A stretch of DNA of 24,196 nucleotides, from NCBI GenBank assembly GCA_964373795.1, contig CAYJVY010000002.1:1-24196 (forward strand), read 5' to 3'. The DNA comes from an uncultured archaeon. Its GTDB lineage: Archaea > Iainarchaeota > Iainarchaeia > Iainarchaeales > DATDZZ01. Under the pieces are notes generated by a model. The model was not told the origin of the DNA. It saw only the letters and a list, made by a program, of their open reading frames with translations, and ran no database searches. Of the stretch, positions 13,018 to 22,514 are shown piece after piece. Position 1 is the first letter of the stretch. Every line of letters starts with the position of its first letter. The translations under genes were made by a program, and so were the position numbers.

Positions 13018-16000
13018 TTAATTCTTGGGTTTTTTAGTTTTTAATTCAAGAACTTTTTTTGAAGAAAATAAAAACCATGTAACCATTAAAACAAGCAATA
13101 CTATTGCAATAAAGTAAACAACTTGTGTTTCATCCAACCCTCCTTTTTTTATTGGTTCTTTTAACGGCTTTAAACATTTTCCATCAATACATAATAAGTT
13201 TTCTCCACAAGAAGTATTATCAGCAATTTTTTCAAATTCACATAAACCTGTTTTAGGATTACAAAAACTTGTAAGGCAAGAATTTTCCGAAGAACAAGAA
13301 ACATTTTCACACAAATCTTTAATTGCCTCTTGTTTTTCTTTTAAATTCAATAACATTGTGCTGGGAAGTGAATTAAATTGCTCTAAAGAAATATTTTTTG
13401 CAACAGAATAATTAATGTCAACAGATTTATTTACATCAACATTTGTTAATACAAATTTAATTATTGGATCCGCTTTAACGATTTCAAACCTTGTTTTACT
13501 TGAAACCTCATTTGCATTTAATGCAATTGTTTTAGGAATTTCTTCAATTAATTCAAGTCTTTCAATCAATTTATTTGAATTATTTTTTACTGTAATAGTT
13601 AAAACCGATGAAAAAGATATATTTTTGTCAACAGTTTTTTTTGTAACGTTAATTGATTTGTCAATTGAAACAAGTTTGTTAAATTCTTTTATTTCATTTA
13701 ATTTTGAATTTAATTCTGTTTCAGGGAGATTCAAAACATTTGCCAGCAATTCCTTTGAATTAATTTCATTAAATTCTTGTTTGGATTTTTGCTCTAAAAC
13801 TGTTTGAATCACTGGTTCAACATTGAGTCCTTTATTTTTATCCGAGATTTCTGTTGTTCCACCACTAACGCCCCCAGTTGTCACACCTCCACTAACAATA
13901 CCTCCTCCTGAAGGAGGAGATCCTCCTTGAGTTGGAGGCTGAGTTGAAAGCTTTACTTGGAATTGAATTGCATTTGAATCAGTCATTGAATTTCCAAATC
14001 CATCTTCACAGCTTACATAAAAAGTGTTAATGCCTTCAACTGCCAGTATATTAGTCAAATGATTTTTTGTTCCCTCACCATTTTCAAATTGTTTTATCAT
14101 AGAATTATAATCAGTTGAAGTCAAAGAATGCCTGCAAAAAGCATTTTCATTTGTTGAAGCAGTTAAGGTTACAGTTAAAGAGGTTTGATCGTTGTTCGGC
14201 CCAATTGAAATAATTTTTGGAGCATTCAAGTCTTGAATCACTAATCCGAAGTCACTAAAAGAATTCACGTCAACAAATGCAAATTCTTCATTTAAGTCAA
14301 CTCCAAAGCTATTGCCGTCAACTGAATACTCGGATGGATGCATCCAATAATTTAAATCAGAATTCCATTTAAAGATTAAAAAGTTTTCTGGAATGAAATC
14401 ACTACTAAAATTTAAGTCATTAAAGTAAACCTTTACTCTAATTTTTTCAAGTTTTTGAAGAGTATTGAAATTAGATGAAAGCGAAACAAATTTATCTGCA
14501 CTTTTTGTCTTCGGAGTTTTAACTGCATCTTTTACTTTACTTGTTTTTGGAGGGTTAAAATCATAGATAGTTGCATCTATAACTCCATTTGATAAATTTT
14601 CTTTGGCAAAAAAATCAAATCCAATGCCTAAACTTGATTTAATTATTTTATGAATTTTTCCTTTTTCAATAGAAATATTTTCATCTTTAGAAGAATTATT
14701 TGAAGGAATGACTGCAAAACTTAAAACATTTTTTAACTCAGTTTTTCTTTCCTTTTTAGTTGAAGCAATAATGTCAATAAAGTAAAGCCCTTTCTTCAAA
14801 TCATTTGAAGAAATTCTTGCAGCAAAAACATTTTGATCATTAAGAGTTAATGGAATTGATTTAATTCCTTTTTTCTTTTCTTCTTCTAAACTAATTAATG
14901 CATCAACATTTGTAATGCCATGAATTGATTCCACTTCGACTTGTAAATTAATTGTTTCACCTATTTTTGCAAATCTTTTATCAATTGAAAAAGATTTAAT
15001 TATGGGAATAATTTGTAAAAACGCGTAAACGGTTTTAATTGATTCAGTGTTGCCTGCTAAATCAATTGAATAAAATTTAATTAAATGATTTCCATCTTCA
15101 TTAATTAAAACTCTTGATCCGGATTTAAAGTTTTCATCAACTCCTTCAATCAAGTAATAAGTTTTATTTATTCCAGACAAATTATCTAGTGCATTTAATT
15201 GAACAAAATATGGAGAAAATTGAGGCGCTAAAGGAATTAATGCAGTTGTAATAGGCGCGTTAAAGTCAAGCTTTAATTCTTTTGACTTAATTGATTCAGT
15301 GTTATCCTCATTGTCAACTGAATAATATTTAATTAAATGAATTCCTTCTCTGGATACAGAAAAGGAATTTCCGTCAACCCAGTTTGCATCGTTTAATTTA
15401 TAGAAAGTATTTTTTACTCCTGTTCCAGAATCAGTTGCAGTTAAAACAACATTAAAACCATAATTAATGAATTCACTTGGAATGTTGTCATTAGTTATTG
15501 GAGGACTAAAGTCAAATGAAAGATTTAAGTCCTGAACTTTCTCAGAATTTCCTGCGCGATCAATTGAATAAAATTTAATTGATTTTTTTCCTTCACCACT
15601 TAAAACAACTCTGTTTAAGTCAACAAAGTTTTCATTAACTCCTTCAACCAATGCATAAGTGGCTTTCACTCCAGACAAATTATCTGTTGCATTAAAGTCC
15701 AGCCAAACTGTTTTAGCATTAACGTCTTGAGAAATCTTGTAAGTAGTTACTGGTTTAGTCCAATCAAGTTTAACTTGTTTAGTTTTTGGTTGCTCTTTAT
15801 GGCCTACCCCATCAACAGCGTAAAAACTGAAGTTATAGATTCCTTCATTTTTAAAATAATAAGTTCTAGTCCATTTATCAAATTTAACCCAATTTCCGTC
15901 ATCAATTTTATAGTAAAGATCTTTAATTCCAGTAGCAGTATCTCGAGGACTTAAAGTAACTGTGAAAGCAGAATTTACAAACCCTAAAGGAATATTATCA

Positions 16001-19000
16001 CTTGTATAAGGAGGAGAAAAATCGTAAACCACATTTACATCTTTTACTTTTTCAATGTTTCCAGCATTATCAGTGGAATAATATTCAAGTAAATGAGTTC
16101 CCTCTGATTCAATGAGTATTTTTGTTCCTTTTTTGAAACTATTTTTATCAGGATACCTGTTTAAATTGTAAAAAGTTTCTTTTACTCCTGAAAAATTATC
16201 TAAAGGAATTAAGTCAATGTTTAAAGCGGTTTCTTGAAATTGTTTTGGAGCATTATCAGTTGTTTGCGGAGGAGTATTATCTGATTTAAAAGTCATTAAA
16301 TCTTGTGCAGAGTTATTTAATGCATCAAATGCAACTGCTTTAAACGAATGATTTGAATCGGATACAAGGGTTGAATTAAAATCAAATTCATATAAATTTG
16401 TTTCAACATTAAATTTATCTTGCCCGATTTGTCCAACAAGTTTGCCATCAACAAAGAAATCAATTGATTCAATCCAAGAATCTTCATCGTCCGCATCAAT
16501 GCTTATTTTTTCAATTCCTTGAATGAATTCTTTTTTAATTGGCTTAATTGAAATTTTTGGAGGCTCTTTATCATTTGTGGGCGGAAGTCTCTTGAGTTTT
16601 TGACTTCCTGAAAGAGTTTCCCCAAAAGAGTTCGCAGTAAACTTAACATTTAATTCATTCAATTTCTTAATTGAGCCTTTTAAAGTCCATTGAATTGTTT
16701 TAGATTCATTTGGGTTGATTGAAGAGATCACTTGATTTTTGTCGCCATTAATTAATTCAAATCCTTGTGGAACACTAATTGAAACAACTGCATTTGAAAC
16801 AAAAAGATCCCCTTTATTTGAAAGAACTGCATTAACTAGGATTTGGTTTTTCTTTTCCTCGCTGCTTTCAACAGCCAAATTCAAGTCAGGCCCTAATAAA
16901 GGAATTAACTCTTGAGAAGCCGCTAAAGAAAATTTTTCAAAATTTTCATCAGGCGGACTAAAATTTTTATCAAACGCTTTAACTTTAATTAAAAATTCTC
17001 CTGAAGAATTTGATTCAACTTGTTCAACATTATCTAATCTACTAGTAGAAGAAGAAATTTCCTGACCATTTGAAAAATTAAATAAATATAAATCTAAATC
17101 ATTTAAAGGATAATAAATAGATGGAAACTGTGATCCAGAATAAATAATGTGTCTATTCCAAACAAGAGTTGCTTTATCTCCTAAATTAAAATTTGTTTTA
17201 TAAAACTTGAATTCATTTTTTAACACTTTACTTGAAAAAACAAAATTTTTTTCAAAAAAAGCTTTATTCAAATCAATATAACCCCAACCATAATGAGGAT
17301 CCCAACCCCTGGTTCCAAAATCCTCTGCAGAATTAATTAATAATGCTTTAACTTCATTTGGATTTAAACCAATGTCAGTTAAAATTGTTGCCGCTCCTGA
17401 AACATGAGGAGCAGCCATTGAAGTTCCACTAGCACTTTTCCATAAATTTCCTTGTTCCCAAAAAGCGTTAGCAGAAGTAATATTACTTCCAGGTGCAACA
17501 ATGTCTGGTTTTTTTCTTCCATCAACAGTTGTTCCTCTACTACTAAAATATGAAACAATATCATCAGCTCTATTAACTGTTCCCCTGTCATCCATGGATC
17601 CAACAGTGATTACATTATAAGCATCTCCAGGAGTACCAATTGTTTTCAATCCAGAACCAGAATTTCCAGCAGCAAAAACCAATACAACATTAAAATTATC
17701 TGTTAAGGCATCCATAAAACGAGTTGACCCTGATTCACCATTTGCATTACAAAGCGAGCAACCCCAAGAATTATTTAAAACATCTGCAGGAGTTTGCAAT
17801 TCAATTACAGCCCAACTTAATACCCTCATTGAATCAGAAAAACTTCCAGACCCAGTTTTACTCAAAAATTTTGCATTAATTAAATGCTTAACTCCTCTTG
17901 CAATTCCTCCATAAACATTATCAACTCCTGCAGAAATTCCAGTTACATGGGTTCCATGAAAATGCAAGTCATCAACAGTTGTATCAGATGAAAACTCTTT
18001 TTGATCAAAAACCCTTAGAATTCCTGAAATATTTTTTTCAATAGCAGGATGAGTTATATCAATTCCAGTATCAACAATTCCTAAATCTGCTTCTCCTCCA
18101 AGCAAATTAGCGTCAATCCATGTACGCAATTTAATTGAATCAGTAGAAGTTGAAAGCAAGGGATTAACTTCCTCAAAAGGCATAAGGTTTTCTTGAAGCA
18201 ATAAATAATTTTTTTGATTAAACAAATTATACAAGCTAGTTAACTGAGGTATTTGCAAACTTAAAAAATTAACGAAAACTTTTTGAAAATTATATTGAAT
18301 CCTTCCAAGAGAAGACCCTAAATCAACATTTTTTGGAACAGAAAAAATTTCTTCATTAGTGGAAATTGAAGCAATTAATTCAGTTTCAGATAATTCATCT
18401 AATTTATTTAATGGGATTTCGATTATTAATATATTCAATAAATTTTCTTGTTGTAAAATCGTTCCACCATTTTGTTGAACAAAATCAATAACACCATTAC
18501 TTTGTTGCTGTCTTATATCAAAAGATTTTTGAATTATTTCTTTTTTAATTGAATCTCTTAATTCATCAAGTTCTTGCTGGTCTTTTTTTAATTTAGTCAT
18601 CTCAGCTTCAGATAAAGTATTAAGCTTCTCTGAAGAAATTAATAAATTATTTCCAGTTTTAGGAAGTATTTCATCTGTTATTTCCTTAATTTCATTTTTT
18701 TTACTAATCAATTGATTTTCAAAATTTTCTTGAACTTCTTTTGAAATAACACTAACATTTTGATCTCTTAAAAAAAGAATCACTTGAATGACTTCAGTCG
18801 AATCAGGATTCGTATTAAATTTTTCAAGTAAATAACTGTCAAGTTTTAAATTTAAATTAGTCAATTCATTTGGCAAATTTTTTGACTCTTCATTTAAAAT
18901 TTCCTCAGCTGAATTAAAATCATTTCCTTTTTCATCAATTAAAATAATTTCTCCTGAATAGGTATTTTTATCAATTAAATATTCTTGTTGAGTTAAAGGG

Positions 19001-19104
19001 CTTACAAAGGCTTCCTGTTCGCTAGCAAAAGAATTATCCAAAAATGTTAAGAAAAAAAATAAAACAAGAAACTTTGCCAGCAACATTTTTTTTACATTAC
19101 ACAT
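13018..19104 (-). CDS. Giant membrane-anchored subtilisin-like serine protease (peptidase S8) with multiple beta-sandwich domains
   Basis: Signal peptide MLLAKFLVLFFFLTFLDNSFA. Catalytic triad motifs: GIVDTGID (Asp codon 18070-18072), HGTHVTG (His 17956-17958), SGTSMAAPHVSG (Ser 17419-17421). Downstream: a CARDB-like segment, an Ig-like segment, five ~83-aa repeats, Gly-rich hinge GGSPPSGGGIVSGGVTTGGVSGG (about 13855-13945), Cys-rich module (13174-13311) and TM helix VVYFIAIVLLVLMVTWFLF with a basic tail. Confidence 0.9.
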   Translation of the reverse strand: MCNVKKMLLAKFLVLFFFLTFLDNSFASEQEAFVSPLTQQEYLIDKNTYSGEIILIDEKGNDFNSAEEILNEESKNLPNELTNLNLKLDSYLLEKFNTNPDSTEVIQVILFLRDQNVSVISKEVQENFENQLISKKNEIKEITDEILPKTGNNLLISSEKLNTLSEAEMTKLKKDQQELDELRDSIKKEIIQKSFDIRQQQSNGVIDFVQQNGGTILQQENLLNILIIEIPLNKLDELSETELIASISTNEEIFSVPKNVDLGSSLGRIQYNFQKVFVNFLSLQIPQLTSLYNLFNQKNYLLLQENLMPFEEVNPLLSTSTDSIKLRTWIDANLLGGEADLGIVDTGIDITHPAIEKNISGILRVFDQKEFSSDTTVDDLHFHGTHVTGISAGVDNVYGGIARGVKHLINAKFLSKTGSGSFSDSMRVLSWAVIELQTPADVLNNSWGCSLCNANGESGSTRFMDALTDNFNVVLVFAAGNSGSGLKTIGTPGDAYNVITVGSMDDRGTVNRADDIVSYFSSRGTTVDGRKKPDIVAPGSNITSANAFWEQGNLWKSASGTSMAAPHVSGAATILTDIGLNPNEVKALLINSAEDFGTRGWDPHYGWGYIDLNKAFFEKNFVFSSKVLKNEFKFYKTNFNLGDKATLVWNRHIIYSGSQFPSIYYPLNDLDLYLFNFSNGQEISSSTSRLDNVEQVESNSSGEFLIKVKAFDKNFSPPDENFEKFSLAASQELIPLLGPDLNLAVESSEEKKNQILVNAVLSNKGDLFVSNAVVSISVPQGFELINGDKNQVISSINPNESKTIQWTLKGSIKKLNELNVKFTANSFGETLSGSQKLKRLPPTNDKEPPKISIKPIKKEFIQGIEKISIDADDEDSWIESIDFFVDGKLVGQIGQDKFNVETNLYEFDFNSTLVSDSNHSFKAVAFDALNNSAQDLMTFKSDNTPPQTTDNAPKQFQETALNIDLIPLDNFSGVKETFYNLNRYPDKNSFKKGTKILIESEGTHLLEYYSTDNAGNIEKVKDVNVVYDFSPPYTSDNIPLGFVNSAFTVTLSPRDTATGIKDLYYKIDDGNWVKFDKWTRTYYFKNEGIYNFSFYAVDGVGHKEQPKTKQVKLDWTKPVTTYKISQDVNAKTVWLDFNATDNLSGVKATYALVEGVNENFVDLNRVVLSGEGKKSIKFYSIDRAGNSEKVQDLNLSFDFSPPITNDNIPSEFINYGFNVVLTATDSGTGVKNTFYKLNDANWVDGNSFSVSREGIHLIKYYSVDNEDNTESIKSKELKLDFNAPITTALIPLAPQFSPYFVQLNALDNLSGINKTYYLIEGVDENFKSGSRVLINEDGNHLIKFYSIDLAGNTESIKTVYAFLQIIPIIKSFSIDKRFAKIGETINLQVEVESIHGITNVDALISLEEEKKKGIKSIPLTLNDQNVFAARISSNDLKKGLYFIDIIASTKKERKTELKNVLSFAVIPSNNSSKDENISIEKGKIHKIIKSSLGIGFDFFAKENLSNGVIDATIYDFNPPKTSKVKDAVKTPKTKSADKFVSLSSNFNTLQKLEKIRVKVYFNDLNFSSDFIPENFLIFKWNSDLNYWMHPSEYSVDGNSFGVDLNEEFAFVDVNSFSDFGLVIQDLNAPKIISIGPNNDQTSLTVTLTASTNENAFCRHSLTSTDYNSMIKQFENGEGTKNHLTNILAVEGINTFYVSCEDGFGNSMTDSNAIQFQVKLSTQPPTQGGSPPSGGGIVSGGVTTGGVSGGTTEISDKNKGLNVEPVIQTVLEQKSKQEFNEINSKELLANVLNLPETELNSKLNEIKEFNKLVSIDKSINVTKKTVDKNISFSSVLTITVKNNSNKLIERLELIEEIPKTIALNANEVSSKTRFEIVKADPIIKFVLTNVDVNKSVDINYSVAKNISLEQFNSLPSTMLLNLKEKQEAIKDLCENVSCSSENSCLTSFCNPKTGLCEFEKIADNTSCGENLLCIDGKCLKPLKEPIKKGGLDETQVVYFIAIVLLVLMVTWFLFSSKKVLELKTKKPKN
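15020..16280 (-). repeat. Five tandem ~83-aa beta-sandwich repeats inside the S8 protease gene
   Basis: Each unit begins D(N/F/W)(T/S/N)(P/K/A)P.T and contains D..SG(V/I)K.T(F/Y)Y and EG.H.(I/L).(Y/F)YS.D.AGN.E..K. For example, DFSPPYTSDNIPLGF.. vs DFSPPITNDNIPSEF.., and ATDNLSGVKATYALVEGVNENF vs ALDNLSGINKTYYLIEGVDENF. Confidence 0.7.
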
Positions 19105-19185
19105 AATACACTATAATATAACTATTCTAATAATATAAATATTTCTTAATTAAAAAGAAGGAGAAAGGGCAATGGCAAAAATCAA

Positions 19186-20256
19186 CTATTTATAAACTTT
19201 AAAATCAATTCCTATCTGTATGATTGAAGGCGAGAAATCTCTAATCTTTTTTTGTCGCAGTATTTTAAATTTTTTTGTATGCTTTGAAACTATTTTTTTA
19301 ATTAATTTTTCAACATTCTCAAAAGGCTTGTCTTTTTCAACAAATAAATCAAAATGAATTATTCCTCCTTTTGGTTTCAAGGCAACAATAGCTTCATTCA
19401 AAAATAAATCAGCATTTTTAGGCAAAGGCATTACAACTCTATCACACTTTTCCTTAAGTTTTTTTGGAACAATTCTTTTAACATCTCCCATTATTGCTTC
19501 AACTTTTTCTTGAACAGAGTTTAATTTAATGTTTTCTTCAAGTAACTTAAATGCATCAGAGTTTAATTCAATTGCAAAGGCTTTTTTCATTTTAGAATTT
19601 AATGCAAAAACAATTGGAAAAGGCCCTACGCCCGCAAAAAATACTCCTACTATTTCCCCTCCTTTTATTTGTTTTGCAATACGCATTCTTTCCGTAGCTA
19701 GTCTTGGAGAAAAAAACACTTTAGCAATATCAACCTTAAATTTACAACCACTTTCTTTGTAAATTGAAACAGTTCTATTTTCTCCTAAAAGTACTTTAAC
19801 AGGGTAAACTCTAAATTTTCCAGAAGTAATACCTGATTTTTTACATACAACTTTAATTGCGTTATTTGATTGCATTAAAGCGTTAGCAATAATTTTTTCT
19901 TTTTTTTCCAATATTTTTGGAATTTCAATTACAGCAATATCTCCAATTATATTAAATGAAGTGATTAAAGAAGAGAATTCTTTTTTTGTTAACTTGTCTT
20001 TCAACCTTTCTTTGAATGATATGTTCGATTTTTTAAAGGGCAAAAAATTTTCGCTAGTTACCTCAAATTTTATTTTTAGTTTGTTTAATGTGCCATTTAA
20101 ATTAGTGAAATCAATATTTTTTTGAAGAGGAATTATTATTACATTTCCAACTTGTTTTAATTTTAAATTTTTATTTCTATAATTAATTGAATCGAGTAAT
20201 TCAAGGGTTTTTTGAGTTAATTTTTTTTCAATTTTAACTGCAAAAGAATTAGTCAT
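19186..20256 (-). CDS. trm5: tRNA (guanine37-N1)-methyltransferase Trm5 / Taw2-family (Met-10+ like) SAM methyltransferase
   Basis: KVFFSPRLATERMRIAKQIKGGEIVGVFFAGVGPFPIVFA matches the Trm5 motif (fs.rl..ER.Ri......gE.V.D.FAGvGpF). Also has the class-I MTase motif ..VVMPLPK.. 356 aa with an N-terminal D1-like extension. Confidence 0.85.
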   Translation of the reverse strand: MTNSFAVKIEKKLTQKTLELLDSINYRNKNLKLKQVGNVIIIPLQKNIDFTNLNGTLNKLKIKFEVTSENFLPFKKSNISFKERLKDKLTKKEFSSLITSFNIIGDIAVIEIPKILEKKEKIIANALMQSNNAIKVVCKKSGITSGKFRVYPVKVLLGENRTVSIYKESGCKFKVDIAKVFFSPRLATERMRIAKQIKGGEIVGVFFAGVGPFPIVFALNSKMKKAFAIELNSDAFKLLEENIKLNSVQEKVEAIMGDVKRIVPKKLKEKCDRVVMPLPKNADLFLNEAIVALKPKGGIIHFDLFVEKDKPFENVEKLIKKIVSKHTKKFKILRQKKIRDFSPSIIQIGIDFKVYK

Positions 20257-20274
20257 ATCAAAATATCTTGAATT

Positions 20275-20290
20275 GCATTTATTTTTAAAT
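20275..20290. promoter_or_regulatory. Shared AT-rich TATA region between divergent trm5 and the DUF63-like gene
   Basis: GCATTTATTTTTAAAT is centred about 27 nt from the trm5 ATG (20256, minus strand) and about 30 nt from the second in-frame ATG (20313) of the plus-strand gene. Only 32 bp separate the two listed start codons. Confidence 0.4.
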
Positions 20291-21275
20291 GTTATTAAAT
20301 AAAATTAAGTCAATGGTTAAAGAAATAATTGAAAACATTATTAACCAATATTTTATTCAACCAATTTTGACAAACACAGGGTACAATTTAGTTAATACAT
20401 TAGTATTTGCCATAATTGCAATAGTTATTTCTTTTGGTTTTTTATACCCTTTTCTAAATAAGAAAGGAGTAAAGTTTAATTCAAAATTCATTTTAAGTTT
20501 AATTCCCTTCATACTTATTGGAATAGGTTTAAGGGTTTTAGAGGATCAAAAAATTTTGCAAAGATGTGTAAATCCATTGGAATACTGTTTTTACACTTAC
20601 ACTCCAGGAATATGGATTTTAGTTGCAGCAATAACTATTTTTTCACTTTTGATTGCCTTTTTTTTGGCTAAAAAATTAAACAAAGACTTTCATTTAATTT
20701 TTGCTTTAATTGGATCAATAATTGCTTTACCAATAATATTATTTGATTTAAGTTTATTCAAAGAAAATTTTGGGTTTTTAGGAGTTATTGGCACAGCAAT
20801 TGTAACAAGCATTTTAGTAATTTACTTATTTAAGTTTTTAAAACCGGTTTTAGGAATTGATGTTTATTCGTCTTCTTTAAATAAAATTGCTCTAATTGCT
20901 CAAACATTAGATGGAAGTGCAACATTTATTGCATTACAGTTTTTCAAATGTGGAGAACAACATGTTGTAAGCAACTTAATTATTCAACTATTTTCTCCAG
21001 TAAGTTTTTTAATAATCAAAGTTTTATTTGTAACAATATTTTTATGGGCATTAGATGATTATTTAAAAAAAGAAAGCTCAAAATCAACCCAAGAAAAAGC
21101 CAAGCCACAAATAACATTTATTGGCAAATCAGGGTTTGGATTTATAGGGGCTTATTTAAACCAATATGAAGTGAATGAAAATTTAATTGGATTTATTAAA
21201 ATGTTTATAATAATAATCGGCTTAGCTCCAGGATTAAGAGATTTATTTACTTTAGCAATCGGCACTTGCTCTTAA
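20289..21275 (+). CDS. Polytopic membrane protein, DUF63-like (archaeal); true start possibly the ATG at 20313
   Basis: About 8 hydrophobic helices. The segment AQTLDGSATFIALQFFKCGEQHVVSN resembles my recollection of the conserved DUF63 core (lD..aT.......gy.E.Hv). The family assignment is from memory only. Confidence 0.5.
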   Translation: MLLNKIKSMVKEIIENIINQYFIQPILTNTGYNLVNTLVFAIIAIVISFGFLYPFLNKKGVKFNSKFILSLIPFILIGIGLRVLEDQKILQRCVNPLEYCFYTYTPGIWILVAAITIFSLLIAFFLAKKLNKDFHLIFALIGSIIALPIILFDLSLFKENFGFLGVIGTAIVTSILVIYLFKFLKPVLGIDVYSSSLNKIALIAQTLDGSATFIALQFFKCGEQHVVSNLIIQLFSPVSFLIIKVLFVTIFLWALDDYLKKESSKSTQEKAKPQITFIGKSGFGFIGAYLNQYEVNENLIGFIKMFIIIIGLAPGLRDLFTLAIGTCS

Positions 21276-21300
21276 AGCAATTAAGAAAGCAAACTAGTAA

Positions 21301-21310
21301 TATTTAAATA
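21301..21310 (+). promoter_or_regulatory. TATA box candidate (leaderless spacing) for the 21332 ORF
   Basis: TATTTAAATA is centred about 26 nt upstream of the ATG at 21332. Confidence 0.45.
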
Positions 21311-21331
21311 GTAAAAATTTCTATTTAAAGT

Positions 21332-21697
21332 ATGAAAATTTTTTCTCAATATCTTAAAATATTTCAAAACAAAGTTGAATTCCCTCGCCCACAAGACAGG
21401 GAAACACTTGTTGAAGAATTTATTTCTTTAGTAGAAAAACAATCCAATGCAAGTAAAAAAAGTATTAACAAACAATCTAAACTATTTAAAAGAGGACTGA
21501 AGAGTGGAACTATTTGTTTTAGAGAAAAAAACTTTCCAGAAATAAGTTTACCAGACTGGTTTATGGATTTAACTTTAAAAAAAGAAAAAACTTCAGAAGA
21601 ACAAGAAAAATTAATAAAAGCAATTCAAGAAAGACAAGCATGCATTTTTATGCTAAGCGAGGTTTATGGATATTTTTTAGACACAAAAAACCAGTAA
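21332..21697 (+). CDS. Hypothetical protein (121 aa)
   Basis: Intact ORF with a TATA box at leaderless spacing. No family recognised. Confidence 0.45.
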   Translation: MKIFSQYLKIFQNKVEFPRPQDRETLVEEFISLVEKQSNASKKSINKQSKLFKRGLKSGTICFREKNFPEISLPDWFMDLTLKKEKTSEEQEKLIKAIQERQACIFMLSEVYGYFLDTKNQ

Positions 21698-21736
21698 GTA
21701 GATATTTAATTCTTCTCAAAGCAATAATTAGTTTAT

Positions 21737-22501
21737 ATGTTAAACTTAATTGGAATAGGGTTAAAACCAAGTCACATAACAATTGAAGCCTTAAAATGCT
21801 TAAAAGAAAGTGACGTAATATATTTAGAGAATTATACAAGTGCTTACAGCGAAGGATCAATAAAAGAATTAGAGGAAATAATTGAAAAAAAAATTTTCCC
21901 ATTAAATAGAATTCAAGTTGAAGAAAGATTTAATCAGATTTTATTTGCAGCAAAAAACAATAATATCTCCTTCCTTGTATTTGGAAATGTTTTTTCAGCT
22001 ACTACACACACACAAATAGTTTTAGACGCAACAAAAATGGGAATTAAAACAAAATACATTCCAGGAATATCAATATTTAATTTTTTAGGGAGAACAGGAT
22101 TACAAGAATATAAATTTGGAAAAACAATTTCAATTCCTAGGTGGGAAGAAAACTTTCAGCCAACTTCATTTTATCAAGAATTAAATGAAAACTTTCAAAG
22201 AGGGTTACATACACTTTGTTTACTTGACATTAAAAAAGAATCAAATTATTTTATGAGCATAATTGAGGCACTGAAATTACTTGAGATAATTGATGAAAAA
22301 ACTGAAAATAAGGAAAACCAATTAATTAGTAAAATAAAACTAGTTGGATTATATGGCATTGCAGGTAAAAATGAAAAAATTGTTTTCGGATCATTTCAAG
22401 AATTAAAAGAATTAAAGTTAAATGAATTTCCACAAGCATTAATTATTTGTGGAAAATTAAATGAAATTGAATCAGAAGCATTAAATGGATTTAAGATTTG
22501 A
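21737..22501 (+). CDS. dph5: Diphthine synthase (diphthamide biosynthesis methyltransferase)
   Basis: MLNLIGIGLKPSHITIEALKCLKESDVIYLENYTS is the classic Dph5 N-terminus (tetrapyrrole-methylase fold). Also has FLVFGNVFSATTH and PGISIFN; 254 aa. TATA-like GATATTTAAT (21701-21710) lies about 31 nt upstream. Confidence 0.93.
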   Translation: MLNLIGIGLKPSHITIEALKCLKESDVIYLENYTSAYSEGSIKELEEIIEKKIFPLNRIQVEERFNQILFAAKNNNISFLVFGNVFSATTHTQIVLDATKMGIKTKYIPGISIFNFLGRTGLQEYKFGKTISIPRWEENFQPTSFYQELNENFQRGLHTLCLLDIKKESNYFMSIIEALKLLEIIDEKTENKENQLISKIKLVGLYGIAGKNEKIVFGSFQELKELKLNEFPQALIICGKLNEIESEALNGFKI

Positions 22502-22514
22502 GGAGGTTGATTAA

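Noticed and set aside
13855-13945. Second GC-enriched patch
   Set aside because: It is coding sequence for the Gly/Pro/Ser/Thr hinge (GGSPPSGGGIVSGGVTTGGVSGG) of the protease, in frame with the rest of the gene. It is not an RNA gene.
13415-17603. ORFs inside the protease gene: 13415-13807 (+), 15727-15954 (+), 16317-16499 (-) and 17379-17603 (-), the last two in alternative frames
   Set aside because: They lie entirely within a gene whose main frame carries an intact S8 triad and coherent domains. Their translations are low-complexity (L/Q/M or F/S/I-rich), and I see no initiation signals.
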